Below are positions 9,794 to 19,713 of a stretch of DNA of 64,000 nt, piece after piece. A program made the translations under genes and the position numbers. Below the pieces are notes generated by a model. It searched no databases. It was not told where the DNA came from and was given only the letters and a program-made list of their open reading frames with translations. The stretch comes from a virus (Duplodnaviria; Heunggongvirae; Uroviricota; Caudoviricetes), in IMG/VR virus record IMGVR_UViG_3300026549_002453; one strand, written 5' to 3'. The first letter of the stretch is position 1; each line of letters starts with the position of its first letter.

Positions 9794-12250
9794 ATGTTAA
9801 ATATTCAATCATGGGATGATTGGTTTAAAATATGTGGAGAAAAAGCTAATGAAGTAAAGGAGTATGAGGATGAGGTATTTTTATTCTTAGACAAAGTTTA
9901 TAAGAAGGATAAAAGTGCTAAAGACCAAATTTTATTCAACCCTTTACCTGCCAATTTTTATAAAAAAGAAGAAAAAAAACTTTTAACAAAATTTATAACA
10001 GGGAGAAGCCTTTTATCAGCTCTCCTTGTTTTTTTAATATTATTTTTATTCTTAACCATAAAGTTTGGCTTTAGGTATGTTAAAAAAGCGGGTTTAACTT
10101 TATTCACTTCAGGGGGTTTTTCTGCCTTTATGGATGGATTTAAATTTAAAATTTTACCCGGGTTAGTTTTGGGGTTAATTGGACTGCTTATTACTCTCAT
10201 TATATTTTATATACTCAGACAACTAACCTTAAAATCGAGTATTAATAAACTTAAAAAGAAAGAAAGCAGGTTAGAAGAATTTTTAAAGTCGGTTCCACCA
10301 AAATATAGAAATTATGAATGTCTAACATTCATATCAGCCTTGTACTTTGAATATCCATACATTACTTTTTCTCAAGCTTTAGAAAACTGTGATGATTTTA
10401 TTAGAAAAAATAGAACAAGAAATATAAAAAGTATTTTATATGATTTACCATATGAATTATCAAACTTATCTTCAACTCAAACGGTTTTAAGAGAACAATA
10501 TAAGGAGGAGTCTGAATTTGAGGAGGAGACTTTTAAGAACCCTAATCTACCTCAGGACATAACGACTAAAACATTTAGTGGTTCCGAAGATGCTCAACGG
10601 GAGTTAAACTCTATGATAGGGTTAGATTCTGTCAAACAACAAGTGGATAGATTAAAAAATAGAATATCCTTTTACGGAGATAATATAGGAAATAGTGGTA
10701 ATCACATGGTATTTTTGGGTTCTGCGGGTACAGGAAAAACAACTGTTGCCAGAGTAATAACCAGAATTCTCTATGACTTTGGGTACATAAGTAAAAATAA
10801 GTGCGTAGAGATTGACGGGGATTACCTTAAATCTCCATATGTAGGCCAAACAGGAGAAAGAACCTCTGCCATAGTAGATTACGCTATGGGAGGAGTCCTA
10901 TTTATAGATGAAGCTTATCTTTTATATGACAAAAATAATAGCACCTCCGCAGAAGCAACTGGAGTGTTGTTAAAAGCCATGGAGGACCATAGAAAGGATT
11001 TTGTGGTTATATTTGCGGGGTACGAAGAACAAATGACCAAACTTCTTGCCTCTAATGAAGGGTTTGCTAGCAGAATCAAGCACAAAATATTCTTCCCTGA
11101 TTACACTGTTGAAGAAATGTATCAAATTTTTACATCTTTCTTAAATAATTATCATAATAATACCGTATATTTAATAGATGACGACGCTAAGGAGTTATTA
11201 TTAAAAAACTTTGCACAAGAGAAAAAGAGTAAGGCATTTGGTAATGCTAGAACTATCAGAAATGCTGTAGATGGCATTATGGATTATCATGCTGATAGAA
11301 TGATAGCAGAACAACGAAAATCAGATACAAATCAAATTACTCTTACAGATGTAAAACCTTACGTTGAAATTAGAGAAAAAGAACTCAAACAAGATATAAG
11401 AAATATGTCTGCAAATAGTCAGTTAGATGAGTCCATAATTAGATTGGCAGACTTGAAAACTAGGATCAAGGAAGGTTCCAACAACGTTCAAGAAGAACTA
11501 AAAGGAATTATTGGCATAGAAGAAATAAAAGAAGAGTTAAAAATTTTACAAAAAGAAAAAGAGTTTGATGGAACCTCCAATAAACAATTTTTATTCATAG
11601 GTACAGATGACACTGTAAAAGACCAGGTGGCCTCTATATTAACTGGATTTTTATATGAGGCTGAATATATTAGAGAAAATAGGTACCTGAGTATATCAGC
11701 CGAGTTTTTAAAAGGCTCTTATGTAGGTCATACTTCAAGGAGGACCGAAGCGATTATTTCTTATGCTAACGGCGGTGTGCTGTATATTAAGAATATAGGG
11801 TTATTATCACAACTTTCGTCTGATACTTTTTCTCAAGAAGCTATATCAATGTTGTCTTCCATGTTAAGAGAAAGTGACGATTTAACTGTTATATTGTCTG
11901 ATACCCAGGATAATATTAATAGATTTATAAGTAGTTATCCTGAATTTAAGGAATATATAACCAATACTTTTGTATTCCCATCCTACACCCCTAACCAGCA
12001 ACTACAAATATTTAATAAGCTCGCTAAACAAAATGAATTTACCATACAGGAGGAGTGTTTAAAGCTTCTATTAACTCATTTTGAACAAGCTGATAAGGCT
12101 TCTGCTCAATATGTATATAATATATTTAAGGAGGTTAGAAAAACACATATTAGTGACTATGATGAAGAAAATAAGTATGTATTAATTAAAAAAGATTTTA
12201 AAAACATATTATCCTCAGAGCAACCTAAAAAATTTAAATTAAAGTTATAG
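9794..12250 (+). CDS. membrane-anchored tandem AAA+ ATPase (SpoVK/CbbX-type); second AAA domain degenerate
   Basis: TM helices near residues 70-150; canonical AAA domain with Walker A GSAGTGKTT, Walker B LFIDEAY and arginine finger; the second module (LFIGTDDTVKD...GGVLYIKNIG) lacks the GK[ST] lysine. Confidence 0.8.
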   Translation: MLNIQSWDDWFKICGEKANEVKEYEDEVFLFLDKVYKKDKSAKDQILFNPLPANFYKKEEKKLLTKFITGRSLLSALLVFLILFLFLTIKFGFRYVKKAGLTLFTSGGFSAFMDGFKFKILPGLVLGLIGLLITLIIFYILRQLTLKSSINKLKKKESRLEEFLKSVPPKYRNYECLTFISALYFEYPYITFSQALENCDDFIRKNRTRNIKSILYDLPYELSNLSSTQTVLREQYKEESEFEEETFKNPNLPQDITTKTFSGSEDAQRELNSMIGLDSVKQQVDRLKNRISFYGDNIGNSGNHMVFLGSAGTGKTTVARVITRILYDFGYISKNKCVEIDGDYLKSPYVGQTGERTSAIVDYAMGGVLFIDEAYLLYDKNNSTSAEATGVLLKAMEDHRKDFVVIFAGYEEQMTKLLASNEGFASRIKHKIFFPDYTVEEMYQIFTSFLNNYHNNTVYLIDDDAKELLLKNFAQEKKSKAFGNARTIRNAVDGIMDYHADRMIAEQRKSDTNQITLTDVKPYVEIREKELKQDIRNMSANSQLDESIIRLADLKTRIKEGSNNVQEELKGIIGIEEIKEELKILQKEKEFDGTSNKQFLFIGTDDTVKDQVASILTGFLYEAEYIRENRYLSISAEFLKGSYVGHTSRRTEAIISYANGGVLYIKNIGLLSQLSSDTFSQEAISMLSSMLRESDDLTVILSDTQDNINRFISSYPEFKEYITNTFVFPSYTPNQQLQIFNKLAKQNEFTIQEECLKLLLTHFEQADKASAQYVYNIFKEVRKTHISDYDEENKYVLIKKDFKNILSSEQPKKFKLKL

Positions 12251-12265
12251 TGGGAGGAAACTATA

Positions 12266-12868
12266 TTGAAAAAGAAATTAAGTATAATAGTACTAATCGT
12301 AATTATGTGCATGACTCTATCATCCTGTGGTTTACACACTTGGATATGGGGTGATGTAGAAGATATAGAGGCGTACAGGCAGTCCACGGAAGATATATTA
12401 AATTCAAAAGAAATAGATATTGAGAATAAAATTCAGAATGAAAATGAGTTATCCTCCCAAGAACTGTCTGATGGATTTAACTCGGAATATGAGAAGAGTT
12501 CTACCTTGTCAATTTTAGTAATTATTCCTTTTACAATACTTATTATAGGACTAACCGCATTAGGTATTCTAGCTCAATGGAAAATGTTTGTTAAAGCGGG
12601 TGAGGCTGGGTGGAAATGCCTAATTCCTTTTTACAATCTTTGGACGATGTTTAAAATAGTGTATGGGGAAGGTATAAGAATGTTTTTAACTTTTATTCCG
12701 TTTGTAGGATTTATATTTTTTATTTTATTCTCTTTTGATTTATCGGATTCATTTGGTAAACACAATATTGGATTTAAGTTGGGGTTATTATTTTTAGCTC
12801 CGGTTTTCTATTTGATGTTAGGACTAAATAAAAATATAAAATATATTGGACCTAAAAGAAAAATCTAG
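12266..12868 (+). CDS. lipoprotein/membrane protein with a GWKxLxPFYN motif
   Basis: Lipobox LSSCG; three C-terminal TM helices; shares motif GWKCLIPFYNLW with the 27060..27593 product. Confidence 0.5.
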   Translation: MKKKLSIIVLIVIMCMTLSSCGLHTWIWGDVEDIEAYRQSTEDILNSKEIDIENKIQNENELSSQELSDGFNSEYEKSSTLSILVIIPFTILIIGLTALGILAQWKMFVKAGEAGWKCLIPFYNLWTMFKIVYGEGIRMFLTFIPFVGFIFFILFSFDLSDSFGKHNIGFKLGLLFLAPVFYLMLGLNKNIKYIGPKRKI

Positions 12869-12917
12869 TAAAGTAAATGTAAATATGAAAAAGAAATAAG
12901 AAAGTAGTAGGTAATGC

Positions 12918-14486
12918 ATGACCCTAGTAAGTAGAAGAATTACAAGATATATTAGTTTATTACTAATGATAGCGTTAGTTATTGGGAACATTAGTTTTAT
13001 TTTTGCTAATGAAGGGGAACTTGTAAAAGAAAAATCCGAAATACAAAAACTCTACGACAAATATTACGAAAAGGGAGTTCTTTTACAATACGTAAATAAA
13101 GGGGAGACATACTTCTCAACTATTGATTTAGAATACCCCGAAGCACAAAATACTCAGTGTGCTCATTTTACCAATAGTTTCTATACTAATGAGTTTGGAA
13201 TTAAACTTGCAAATAGTGTAACTAAAATAAATGATCTTGAACAATCTAATGTTATTAAAACTATTCTTTATGATGATTGGAAGAAATTAGTAGAAAATGA
13301 AGAATGGAAAAAAGAATTATTATCAGACTTACAAGAGGGAGATATAATTACAGCTAGACATCCTGATTTAAATCAAAGAATTGGTCACGCTATGATGGTA
13401 TACGAAGTACTTGAAGACGACGCTATTCTTATCCATTCTACTGGTTCCAATTCTAAAACAGATTCTTGTGAGAGTGAAGTAGAAAAAGGCTTTACGGAAG
13501 GCTCTATCAGAAAAAATTATCTCTCCACTTTATTTGAAAAGAATTATGTTAATGCCGAAAGGGATATTAGAGTAGCAAGACCTTTAGCAAAAACTGTTGA
13601 GGAACCTGCAAATACTAGTAAATCTGATTCCTCTGATGAAGTTACTGTAGATACATATCAGTACAAAATTACATATAAAAATGGAATAGACAACAGTATA
13701 ATATCTGAGGAAAATGTTTCAGGAACAACTCCCATTCTTGCAATTAATGGCATAGAACCTCCTGAAATAGAGGGACACTCATTTAAAGAATGGATAAGTG
13801 ACCAAACTGTAACCCTGATTACTACAAAAGACGGTGTGAGTAAAGAAAATGAGATTGAGAGTAAAAATAGTATTAAATCTATTTTAATTTGTGTAGATAA
13901 CGAAAATGATAAAACAAATTTACTGAGTGTACAAGTTTCAGACAATACTACATTTACTGCACTGTACGAAAAATTAGAACCAATAAAAGGTAATGAAGAA
14001 AATATAAATAATATTGATAATACTACTAATGAGTCAAATTTGTACCCTAATGATGATTATCAGGGGGAAGATTTAGAAAATAATAAAACTAATAATAACA
14101 TAAAAGATGATTCTGAAGAATCTCCATTTTTAGATAAAGTAGAAAATGATAATCAAGTTAAACTAGAAGAAAAAACGGAGGACATCTCTAAAGATAATAA
14201 CAGGGAAGACACCGCAGAAGAAAAAGACCACCAAGAAACAGAGATTTTTAATATAAATGAGAATAATGATTCAAATAAGGAAAATATTGACTTAAAAAAT
14301 AATGAAAAATTAAATACAACTGAATTTATAGATAAATCCAAACAACTCACAAATACTAAGGGTGTACAAAATAACAGTACACAACCCAAAACTGGTGATA
14401 TCAATCAAATGGAACTATACTTTGTATTGATGCTGTTGAGTATTACCATAATAATAAAACTTAAATTAAATAGAAAAACTTATTAG
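12918..14486 (+). CDS. sortase-anchored surface protein with an N-terminal NlpC/P60-like cysteine peptidase domain
   Basis: Signal peptide; Cys (QCAHF) then GDIITARHPD...GHAMMVY...AILIHS matches the NlpC/P60 Cys-His-His layout; C-terminal QPKTGD sorting motif, TM helix and basic tail. Confidence 0.5.
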   Translation: MTLVSRRITRYISLLLMIALVIGNISFIFANEGELVKEKSEIQKLYDKYYEKGVLLQYVNKGETYFSTIDLEYPEAQNTQCAHFTNSFYTNEFGIKLANSVTKINDLEQSNVIKTILYDDWKKLVENEEWKKELLSDLQEGDIITARHPDLNQRIGHAMMVYEVLEDDAILIHSTGSNSKTDSCESEVEKGFTEGSIRKNYLSTLFEKNYVNAERDIRVARPLAKTVEEPANTSKSDSSDEVTVDTYQYKITYKNGIDNSIISEENVSGTTPILAINGIEPPEIEGHSFKEWISDQTVTLITTKDGVSKENEIESKNSIKSILICVDNENDKTNLLSVQVSDNTTFTALYEKLEPIKGNEENINNIDNTTNESNLYPNDDYQGEDLENNKTNNNIKDDSEESPFLDKVENDNQVKLEEKTEDISKDNNREDTAEEKDHQETEIFNINENNDSNKENIDLKNNEKLNTTEFIDKSKQLTNTKGVQNNSTQPKTGDINQMELYFVLMLLSITIIIKLKLNRKTY

Positions 14487-14499
14487 AAAGGAAATTATT

Positions 14500-14943
14500 A
14501 TGTCAGAATTTAAACAAAAAGAAAAATACACTGGGGAATGGAAAGGAAACACTATTTCGTTTAATAGAGAATGGAGTAACCATAGATTTACTGATGCGGA
14601 GTGTGAGGCTCTTTTAAAAGGACATGAAATCATTATAGAGGCAACCAGTAATAAGACAGGTAAAAAATTCAGTGTAGCTGGTAGTTTAGGGGAGGGGTTT
14701 TACGAGGGCAAGAGTTTTATAAGTTTTCAACCCAACTTTGAAAAAAAGATTATACCCATTAGTTTTTGTGGGCATGTGTTTTCTAATAAAGAAAGAAAAG
14801 ATTTAGAGGATGGTAAATCTCTAATTTTAACCGACCTTAAGTCTAAAAAAGGTACTGACTTTACTGCGAGCGTGACATTCGATTCCACAGATGGCATAGA
14901 TATGAGCTTCGATAACCTACCAAATTTAGAAAAAACCAAGTAA
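14500..14943 (+). CDS. hypothetical protein
   Basis: 147-aa ORF, well spaced from the upstream stop. Confidence 0.45.
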   Translation: MSEFKQKEKYTGEWKGNTISFNREWSNHRFTDAECEALLKGHEIIIEATSNKTGKKFSVAGSLGEGFYEGKSFISFQPNFEKKIIPISFCGHVFSNKERKDLEDGKSLILTDLKSKKGTDFTASVTFDSTDGIDMSFDNLPNLEKTK

Positions 14944-14975
14944 GATTATAAACAAAAATATAAAGAAAGGATGAA

Positions 14976-15182
14976 GTGAAATTGACAAAACAGGAAATGA
15001 TAAAAATTAAAGAAGAATTATTTTATGATAATTTTTCTATTAAAACTACCAATGTAGAAGCTCTTAAGGAGTTTTGTAGAGTTCTCACCGAGGTTACAGG
15101 TATACAATGTTGCACCTCTTTTGGGTATACCAACGAACTGCTACCCAAAATTTATAACAGCGTACTTAATACTTTAGAGTAA
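14976..15182 (+). CDS. hypothetical small protein
   Basis: 68-aa ORF. Confidence 0.3.
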   Translation: MKLTKQEMIKIKEELFYDNFSIKTTNVEALKEFCRVLTEVTGIQCCTSFGYTNELLPKIYNSVLNTLE

Positions 15183-15195
15183 GGGTGAATGTGAC

Positions 15196-16077
15196 ATGAG
15201 TAAAAAAACTAAGAAGCTTCCTGCGTTCTCTGGAAAAACTCATTTTTTTCTTAGTATGAGTTTGTTTGCCCTCTTGATGGTGGTACCTTGGTATCCATTG
15301 CAAACTACGTTTGGGTATTTAAAGGATAATATACTTTTGTTTATAGTATGTGCTGCAGTAATAGGCGGGGCATGCTTATTGCCTGATCTAGATAATCCCA
15401 CTTCCACTGCAGGTTCTACTTTAGGTCCTCTTGGCAGCATATTTACTTTATTTATGCGCAGTACAAGTTCTATTGTATGGAATATCTATCATTTTAAAGG
15501 CGACCCCAAACCAAACACTCAGCATAGATATTTATGGCATACGCCTATAGTGGGTATTGGTATGGTGCTGTTATTTTATTTTGGTTTACCTAAGGGTGAT
15601 TATACAATATTTACCAACATAAAAAACAGTATAAGTGCAGGACAATTTGGACAATTTCTTATGAATAATAGTATACTTGCTTTATTTATTATTCTTGCTT
15701 TTATGTGTGTGCTTGTTGGTAGTAATATGATAGTTTATACTCTTACTAAATTTTTGCCTATTCCATTTTTTGTAAAGTATATCTTTCCTGTAGCAGTACT
15801 TGGATATATTGCTATGGCAAATTATAGCGATTTACGAATGATAGGTATATGTATAGGAGTAGGGTATTTATTACATTGTTTAGAGGATTTCTTTGCAGAT
15901 ACAGGAATACCTTTATTATGGCCAATTCCTAAGTTTTGGGGAAGTCAAAAGAAAGTATGGTGGAGACCTTGGTTACCATTTAGAATAACTACAGGAGGAA
16001 CAATAAATACTATATTAGATTTTGTATCTGCAGTATTAGCTATTGGATTAATTATATTCGTATTTATTAAAAAGTAA
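15196..16077 (+). CDS. polytopic membrane protein, possibly a YdjM/DUF457-like metal-dependent hydrolase
   Basis: Multiple TM helices; conserved His/Asp positions and the C-terminal LWPIP motif resemble the YdjM family. Confidence 0.4.
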   Translation: MSKKTKKLPAFSGKTHFFLSMSLFALLMVVPWYPLQTTFGYLKDNILLFIVCAAVIGGACLLPDLDNPTSTAGSTLGPLGSIFTLFMRSTSSIVWNIYHFKGDPKPNTQHRYLWHTPIVGIGMVLLFYFGLPKGDYTIFTNIKNSISAGQFGQFLMNNSILALFIILAFMCVLVGSNMIVYTLTKFLPIPFFVKYIFPVAVLGYIAMANYSDLRMIGICIGVGYLLHCLEDFFADTGIPLLWPIPKFWGSQKKVWWRPWLPFRITTGGTINTILDFVSAVLAIGLIIFVFIKK

Positions 16078-16087
16078 AGGAGAAATT

Positions 16088-16315
16088 ATGAGAATATCAG
16101 AATTTAACACGCAGGTAGGGCATCTATTTACAGATGACACTAGATTTATGATTACTGGTTTTACTTTATTTGGTAAACCTCTCAGACCAGGAGAATTTCA
16201 AGCAGTAAATAAAAGAGAAATCGCCTCTGCTGGAAATGACTTTAATCCAGAAATAGAGTATATTAAACCTGCAGGTGGAGATAATATGATAGAAATTAAG
16301 CTTATTAACAACTAA
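16088..16315 (+). CDS. hypothetical small protein
   Basis: AAGGAG RBS. Confidence 0.35.
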   Translation: MRISEFNTQVGHLFTDDTRFMITGFTLFGKPLRPGEFQAVNKREIASAGNDFNPEIEYIKPAGGDNMIEIKLINN

Positions 16316-16326
16316 AGGAGATAACT

Positions 16327-16755
16327 ATGGGACAATTTTCATGGATAACATCAGATACACATCGGCCTGTAATCATAGATGGATATAAGGGTGGACCAAC
16401 GGAATGCTATTTATTAATTCCAAATGCATATATGCACATATTTGGAAAAGATGCTCTTTATGAGCCAGCATATCAAGGCTATGGTGTCTTTGGAGGCAGG
16501 GACGCTTATGCAGTATTGGCGATATGTAATCTACCAGAAGAAGAATTGAAAGACGCAAATGGAGACTATTTATCAGATGATGAATTGCGTCAACTTGGAA
16601 TTAATTTACAATTTGATGAGCCTCACAAAATTAATTTCCCAATTAAAATTGTTGAAAGAAAATGTTCATATAATGAGGTAGGTGCATCAGAGGATGACCC
16701 TAATCAAGGCTGGGGAGGCGGTGATTGGGATGATGATGAGGATGACTATTATTAA
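16327..16755 (+). CDS. hypothetical protein with acidic D/E-rich tail
   Basis: AAGGAG RBS; C-terminal GWGGGDWDDDEDDYY. Confidence 0.45.
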   Translation: MGQFSWITSDTHRPVIIDGYKGGPTECYLLIPNAYMHIFGKDALYEPAYQGYGVFGGRDAYAVLAICNLPEEELKDANGDYLSDDELRQLGINLQFDEPHKINFPIKIVERKCSYNEVGASEDDPNQGWGGGDWDDDEDDYY

Positions 16756-16775
16756 AACGTAAATGGAGGTAAATT

Positions 16776-17327
16776 TTGATAAATAAATTTTTAGATACAT
16801 ATAGAAATCTTGAAAATGAGTTACGAGCAGAAAATAAGACTGTACTAGAATATGAAAACTCATTGCAAGATACTAACATACAAGAAAAGTTAAAATTATG
16901 TAGAATAACAAGAAACTACCTTTCTCATCAAGATACGAAGTTTGCTAGTGTTAGTAAAGAGATGATAGATTTTTTAGATAAACTTGCTAAAGAGGTAAAT
17001 CTTAAAGCTCATACAGTGAAAGATGAGATGAAAAAGATTAAACCTGTATTTCTTAATGAAAGTGTAAAGAATATAGTGCCTATGTGTGCTAAATATAAAT
17101 ATGTACCGATGGTAGATAAAAAGACTAATCAAGTTATACATATTATAGATAGTGAGTTTCTTGTTGAACAATTAGCAAAGAATAATAAGAAGGTAGTACT
17201 ACCAAAGAAAAGAGAAAAGTATAATTATATAGATAAAAATAGCAGATTAGATAAATTATCTGGGTTATATATAGTTACTAGTGACGGCACAGAAAAAGGA
17301 AACTATTTAGGAGTATTAGAGGTATGA
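16776..17327 (+). CDS. hypothetical protein
   Basis: TTG start after GGAGG. Confidence 0.4.
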   Translation: MINKFLDTYRNLENELRAENKTVLEYENSLQDTNIQEKLKLCRITRNYLSHQDTKFASVSKEMIDFLDKLAKEVNLKAHTVKDEMKKIKPVFLNESVKNIVPMCAKYKYVPMVDKKTNQVIHIIDSEFLVEQLAKNNKKVVLPKKREKYNYIDKNSRLDKLSGLYIVTSDGTEKGNYLGVLEV

Positions 17328-17527
17328 AAGTAGTAGACTTTATTACGTTATCTGATGATATGGCTATTATTTTTAATATCGTAAAAGATAATCGATGTGT
17401 TTATACAGTTCAACGAAGTAATATTAATACTGTTCATCCAGACTATAGTGAATTATTAAATTGTAAGATTACTCGGTGGAATATAAGTGATGGGTATAAC
17501 TATGAGATTGATTTATATATAGATTAA
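17324..17527 (+). CDS. hypothetical small protein
   Basis: ATGA overlap with the upstream gene. Confidence 0.35.
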   Translation: MKVVDFITLSDDMAIIFNIVKDNRCVYTVQRSNINTVHPDYSELLNCKITRWNISDGYNYEIDLYID

Positions 17528-17550
17528 AATTCAATTATAAGGAGAAATAG

Positions 17551-18423
17551 ATGGCTTATGAAGATTATATAAGAGAAAACTTAAATAGTTTAGAAAATTT
17601 ATCCAGAAAAGATTTTCTATATTTGAGCGAGTACACAAATAACTATTTCTCTGAAAAATACAGTGAAATTCAAATAAACGAACTCTCTCAATTACTAAAG
17701 CTGGTAGGTTTAGACGATTTTCCAGATGGGTTTAAATCTAATGAAGTAATAATTACACTCAATCTTGATAGTTTATGTTTTAAGAATTCGTTTAATCAAT
17801 TATGTTTTAATGAGGATGGGCGGTTATATATCACCCCCATCCTACAGGAAGTAAGTCCTGAACAATTTAAAAAAGTCGCAAACAATATCATAAACGCTAA
17901 TAGTAAGAATACTTGGAAACATAAAAATTATAGTCTTGAAACATATAAACAATGTAATACATACTCATTTGATGACAAGTGTGCTGTAGCTATAAGGAAT
18001 AATGAAATCATTAATATTTTAAATGCATCAGGTTCTGAAGTAAATGATTTATCACTGATAGTAGAAACGGTCGCACAAGGTGGAAAATTAATCGAATGTT
18101 ATGCTTCAGATTTTAGTTATTACGTTAATGCTAAATTTATGCCCATATCGGTTTGTAAATGGGATGATAATAGAGCTCCAAAAGCATGGATTAGAAGTAA
18201 TAGACTTTCTCAAAATACTGATGAGTGGAAATATATTGTAGATGAAAATCTTAAATATCCACGGCAAGACATTATCTTTATGATATATATCGGAACAGAT
18301 ACTAATGTTACATTAAATGAGTGGATAAAGAACGTAGGATATAGTGATTCATATGAACAGGCTAAATCTACACAAATAAAGGTTTACAAAGAATTGGAGG
18401 GAATAAATGAATATAGTGGATGA
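17551..18423 (+). CDS. hypothetical protein
   Basis: AAGGAG RBS; 290 aa. Confidence 0.45.
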   Translation: MAYEDYIRENLNSLENLSRKDFLYLSEYTNNYFSEKYSEIQINELSQLLKLVGLDDFPDGFKSNEVIITLNLDSLCFKNSFNQLCFNEDGRLYITPILQEVSPEQFKKVANNIINANSKNTWKHKNYSLETYKQCNTYSFDDKCAVAIRNNEIINILNASGSEVNDLSLIVETVAQGGKLIECYASDFSYYVNAKFMPISVCKWDDNRAPKAWIRSNRLSQNTDEWKYIVDENLKYPRQDIIFMIYIGTDTNVTLNEWIKNVGYSDSYEQAKSTQIKVYKELEGINEYSG

Positions 18424-18772
18424 AGTTAAAAAAGAAACATTTTTATTTTCTGATAACCAAATAGAAAATACTATTACTAATATGCAGAATAATGAAACTT
18501 TGAATGAACTGCAAAAAGCTGACCCAGAGTATATCATGCTATATTGTTATAAAGATAAAGGTCAGTTGACTAAAGAAGAGTATGATATTGAAGTGCTACA
18601 ATATCTCTATCAACATGCACAAGGAACAAAAGAACACATTAATCAAGTTATAGATAAAAATAAAGATTGGTATGATAGTTATTATAAAGATGCAGAAAAC
18701 AATAATCTTACATATTATCATGCAGTTCAATGGGCTAGAGAAAATATGATGCATTTATTTTGTACTAAATAA
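18407..18772 (+). CDS. hypothetical protein, paralog 1 (KETFLFSD family)
   Basis: ~45% identical over its full length to the 19219..19581 product (KETFLFSD...LYCYK.KG..TKEEYD...IDKNK.W...YFHAV..AR.NMM). Confidence 0.5.
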   Translation: MNIVDEVKKETFLFSDNQIENTITNMQNNETLNELQKADPEYIMLYCYKDKGQLTKEEYDIEVLQYLYQHAQGTKEHINQVIDKNKDWYDSYYKDAENNNLTYYHAVQWARENMMHLFCTK

Positions 18773-18788
18773 TAATAAGGAAAAATAA

Positions 18789-19208
18789 ATGAATAAAGAA
18801 CAATTTATAGAAGAATTAAAATCATACTTATATAAAGAATGTGCCAGAGACTATTCTCCTGAGGAAATTAATGATGGCATAGATAAAAGAAGTAATGGAA
18901 TACAAGGATATTTAAATTTAGTCGAAGACAACGAATACGAATCGGTTGAAGAAGTTTTAAAACAAGCAAAGGAGGACTTTAGACTAATATTTTCTATATT
19001 AACATATGAAGAATTTAAACAGGAGGTAATTAAGCAACTACAAACGATTGAGCCCAGTATCCCAAGAACGCAAGAAGAAGTAGAAAAAATAATAGGTAAG
19101 GACCCTAAGTATATAGATATTCATTTTAAAAAAGCTAAAGAAAGTAATGATTATTTTCATGAAGTTGGGTTTGCTGTGAGTAATTATTACTATGCATTTA
19201 TGTATTAA
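18789..19208 (+). CDS. hypothetical protein
   Basis: 139 aa, lies between the two paralogs. Confidence 0.45.
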   Translation: MNKEQFIEELKSYLYKECARDYSPEEINDGIDKRSNGIQGYLNLVEDNEYESVEEVLKQAKEDFRLIFSILTYEEFKQEVIKQLQTIEPSIPRTQEEVEKIIGKDPKYIDIHFKKAKESNDYFHEVGFAVSNYYYAFMY

Positions 19209-19218
19209 GAGGAAATAA

Positions 19219-19581
19219 ATGAACTTAATAAACGGAGTTAAAAAAGAAACATTTCTATTTTCTGACGCAGAAATAAACCAAGCAATAGAAGATATGAAAA
19301 CTGATTCAGATTTAAACGATACACAAAGAGAAATGGCAAGTTATATTGCACTATACTGCTACAAAAATAAGGGAACTATAACAAAAGAAGAATATGATAA
19401 AGATGTAAAAGAGTATCTATATTCAATAAGCATGGATAGTAAAGAAGTAATTGATAAAATCATTGATAAAAACAAAGAATGGTTTAATAGTCATTATAAT
19501 GACGCTGTTGACGGTCTTATCACCTATTTTCATGCAGTTCGGCATGCCAGAAATAATATGATGAGTTTAGTTAGGTATTAA
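19219..19581 (+). CDS. hypothetical protein, paralog 2 (KETFLFSD family)
   Basis: See 18407..18772. Confidence 0.5.
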   Translation: MNLINGVKKETFLFSDAEINQAIEDMKTDSDLNDTQREMASYIALYCYKNKGTITKEEYDKDVKEYLYSISMDSKEVIDKIIDKNKEWFNSHYNDAVDGLITYFHAVRHARNNMMSLVRY

Positions 19582-19713
19582 AAGTTAGTAGAAAAATTAT
19601 GTAATTAAAATGTATAGCCGTAAGGCTCTAAATTACACTCTGTAGAGAGTATAAATACAAAATAAGTTAGTGTAAACAAATTCGGTAAAATCGTAAAGAA
19701 AGGATTACAAACC

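Noticed and set aside
14500-14943. Possible DUF3945-like (conjugative topoisomerase-associated) domain
   Set aside because: It rests only on a vague recollection of a W..H.FTD..E.LL.G pattern, which is too weak to call. I left it as hypothetical.
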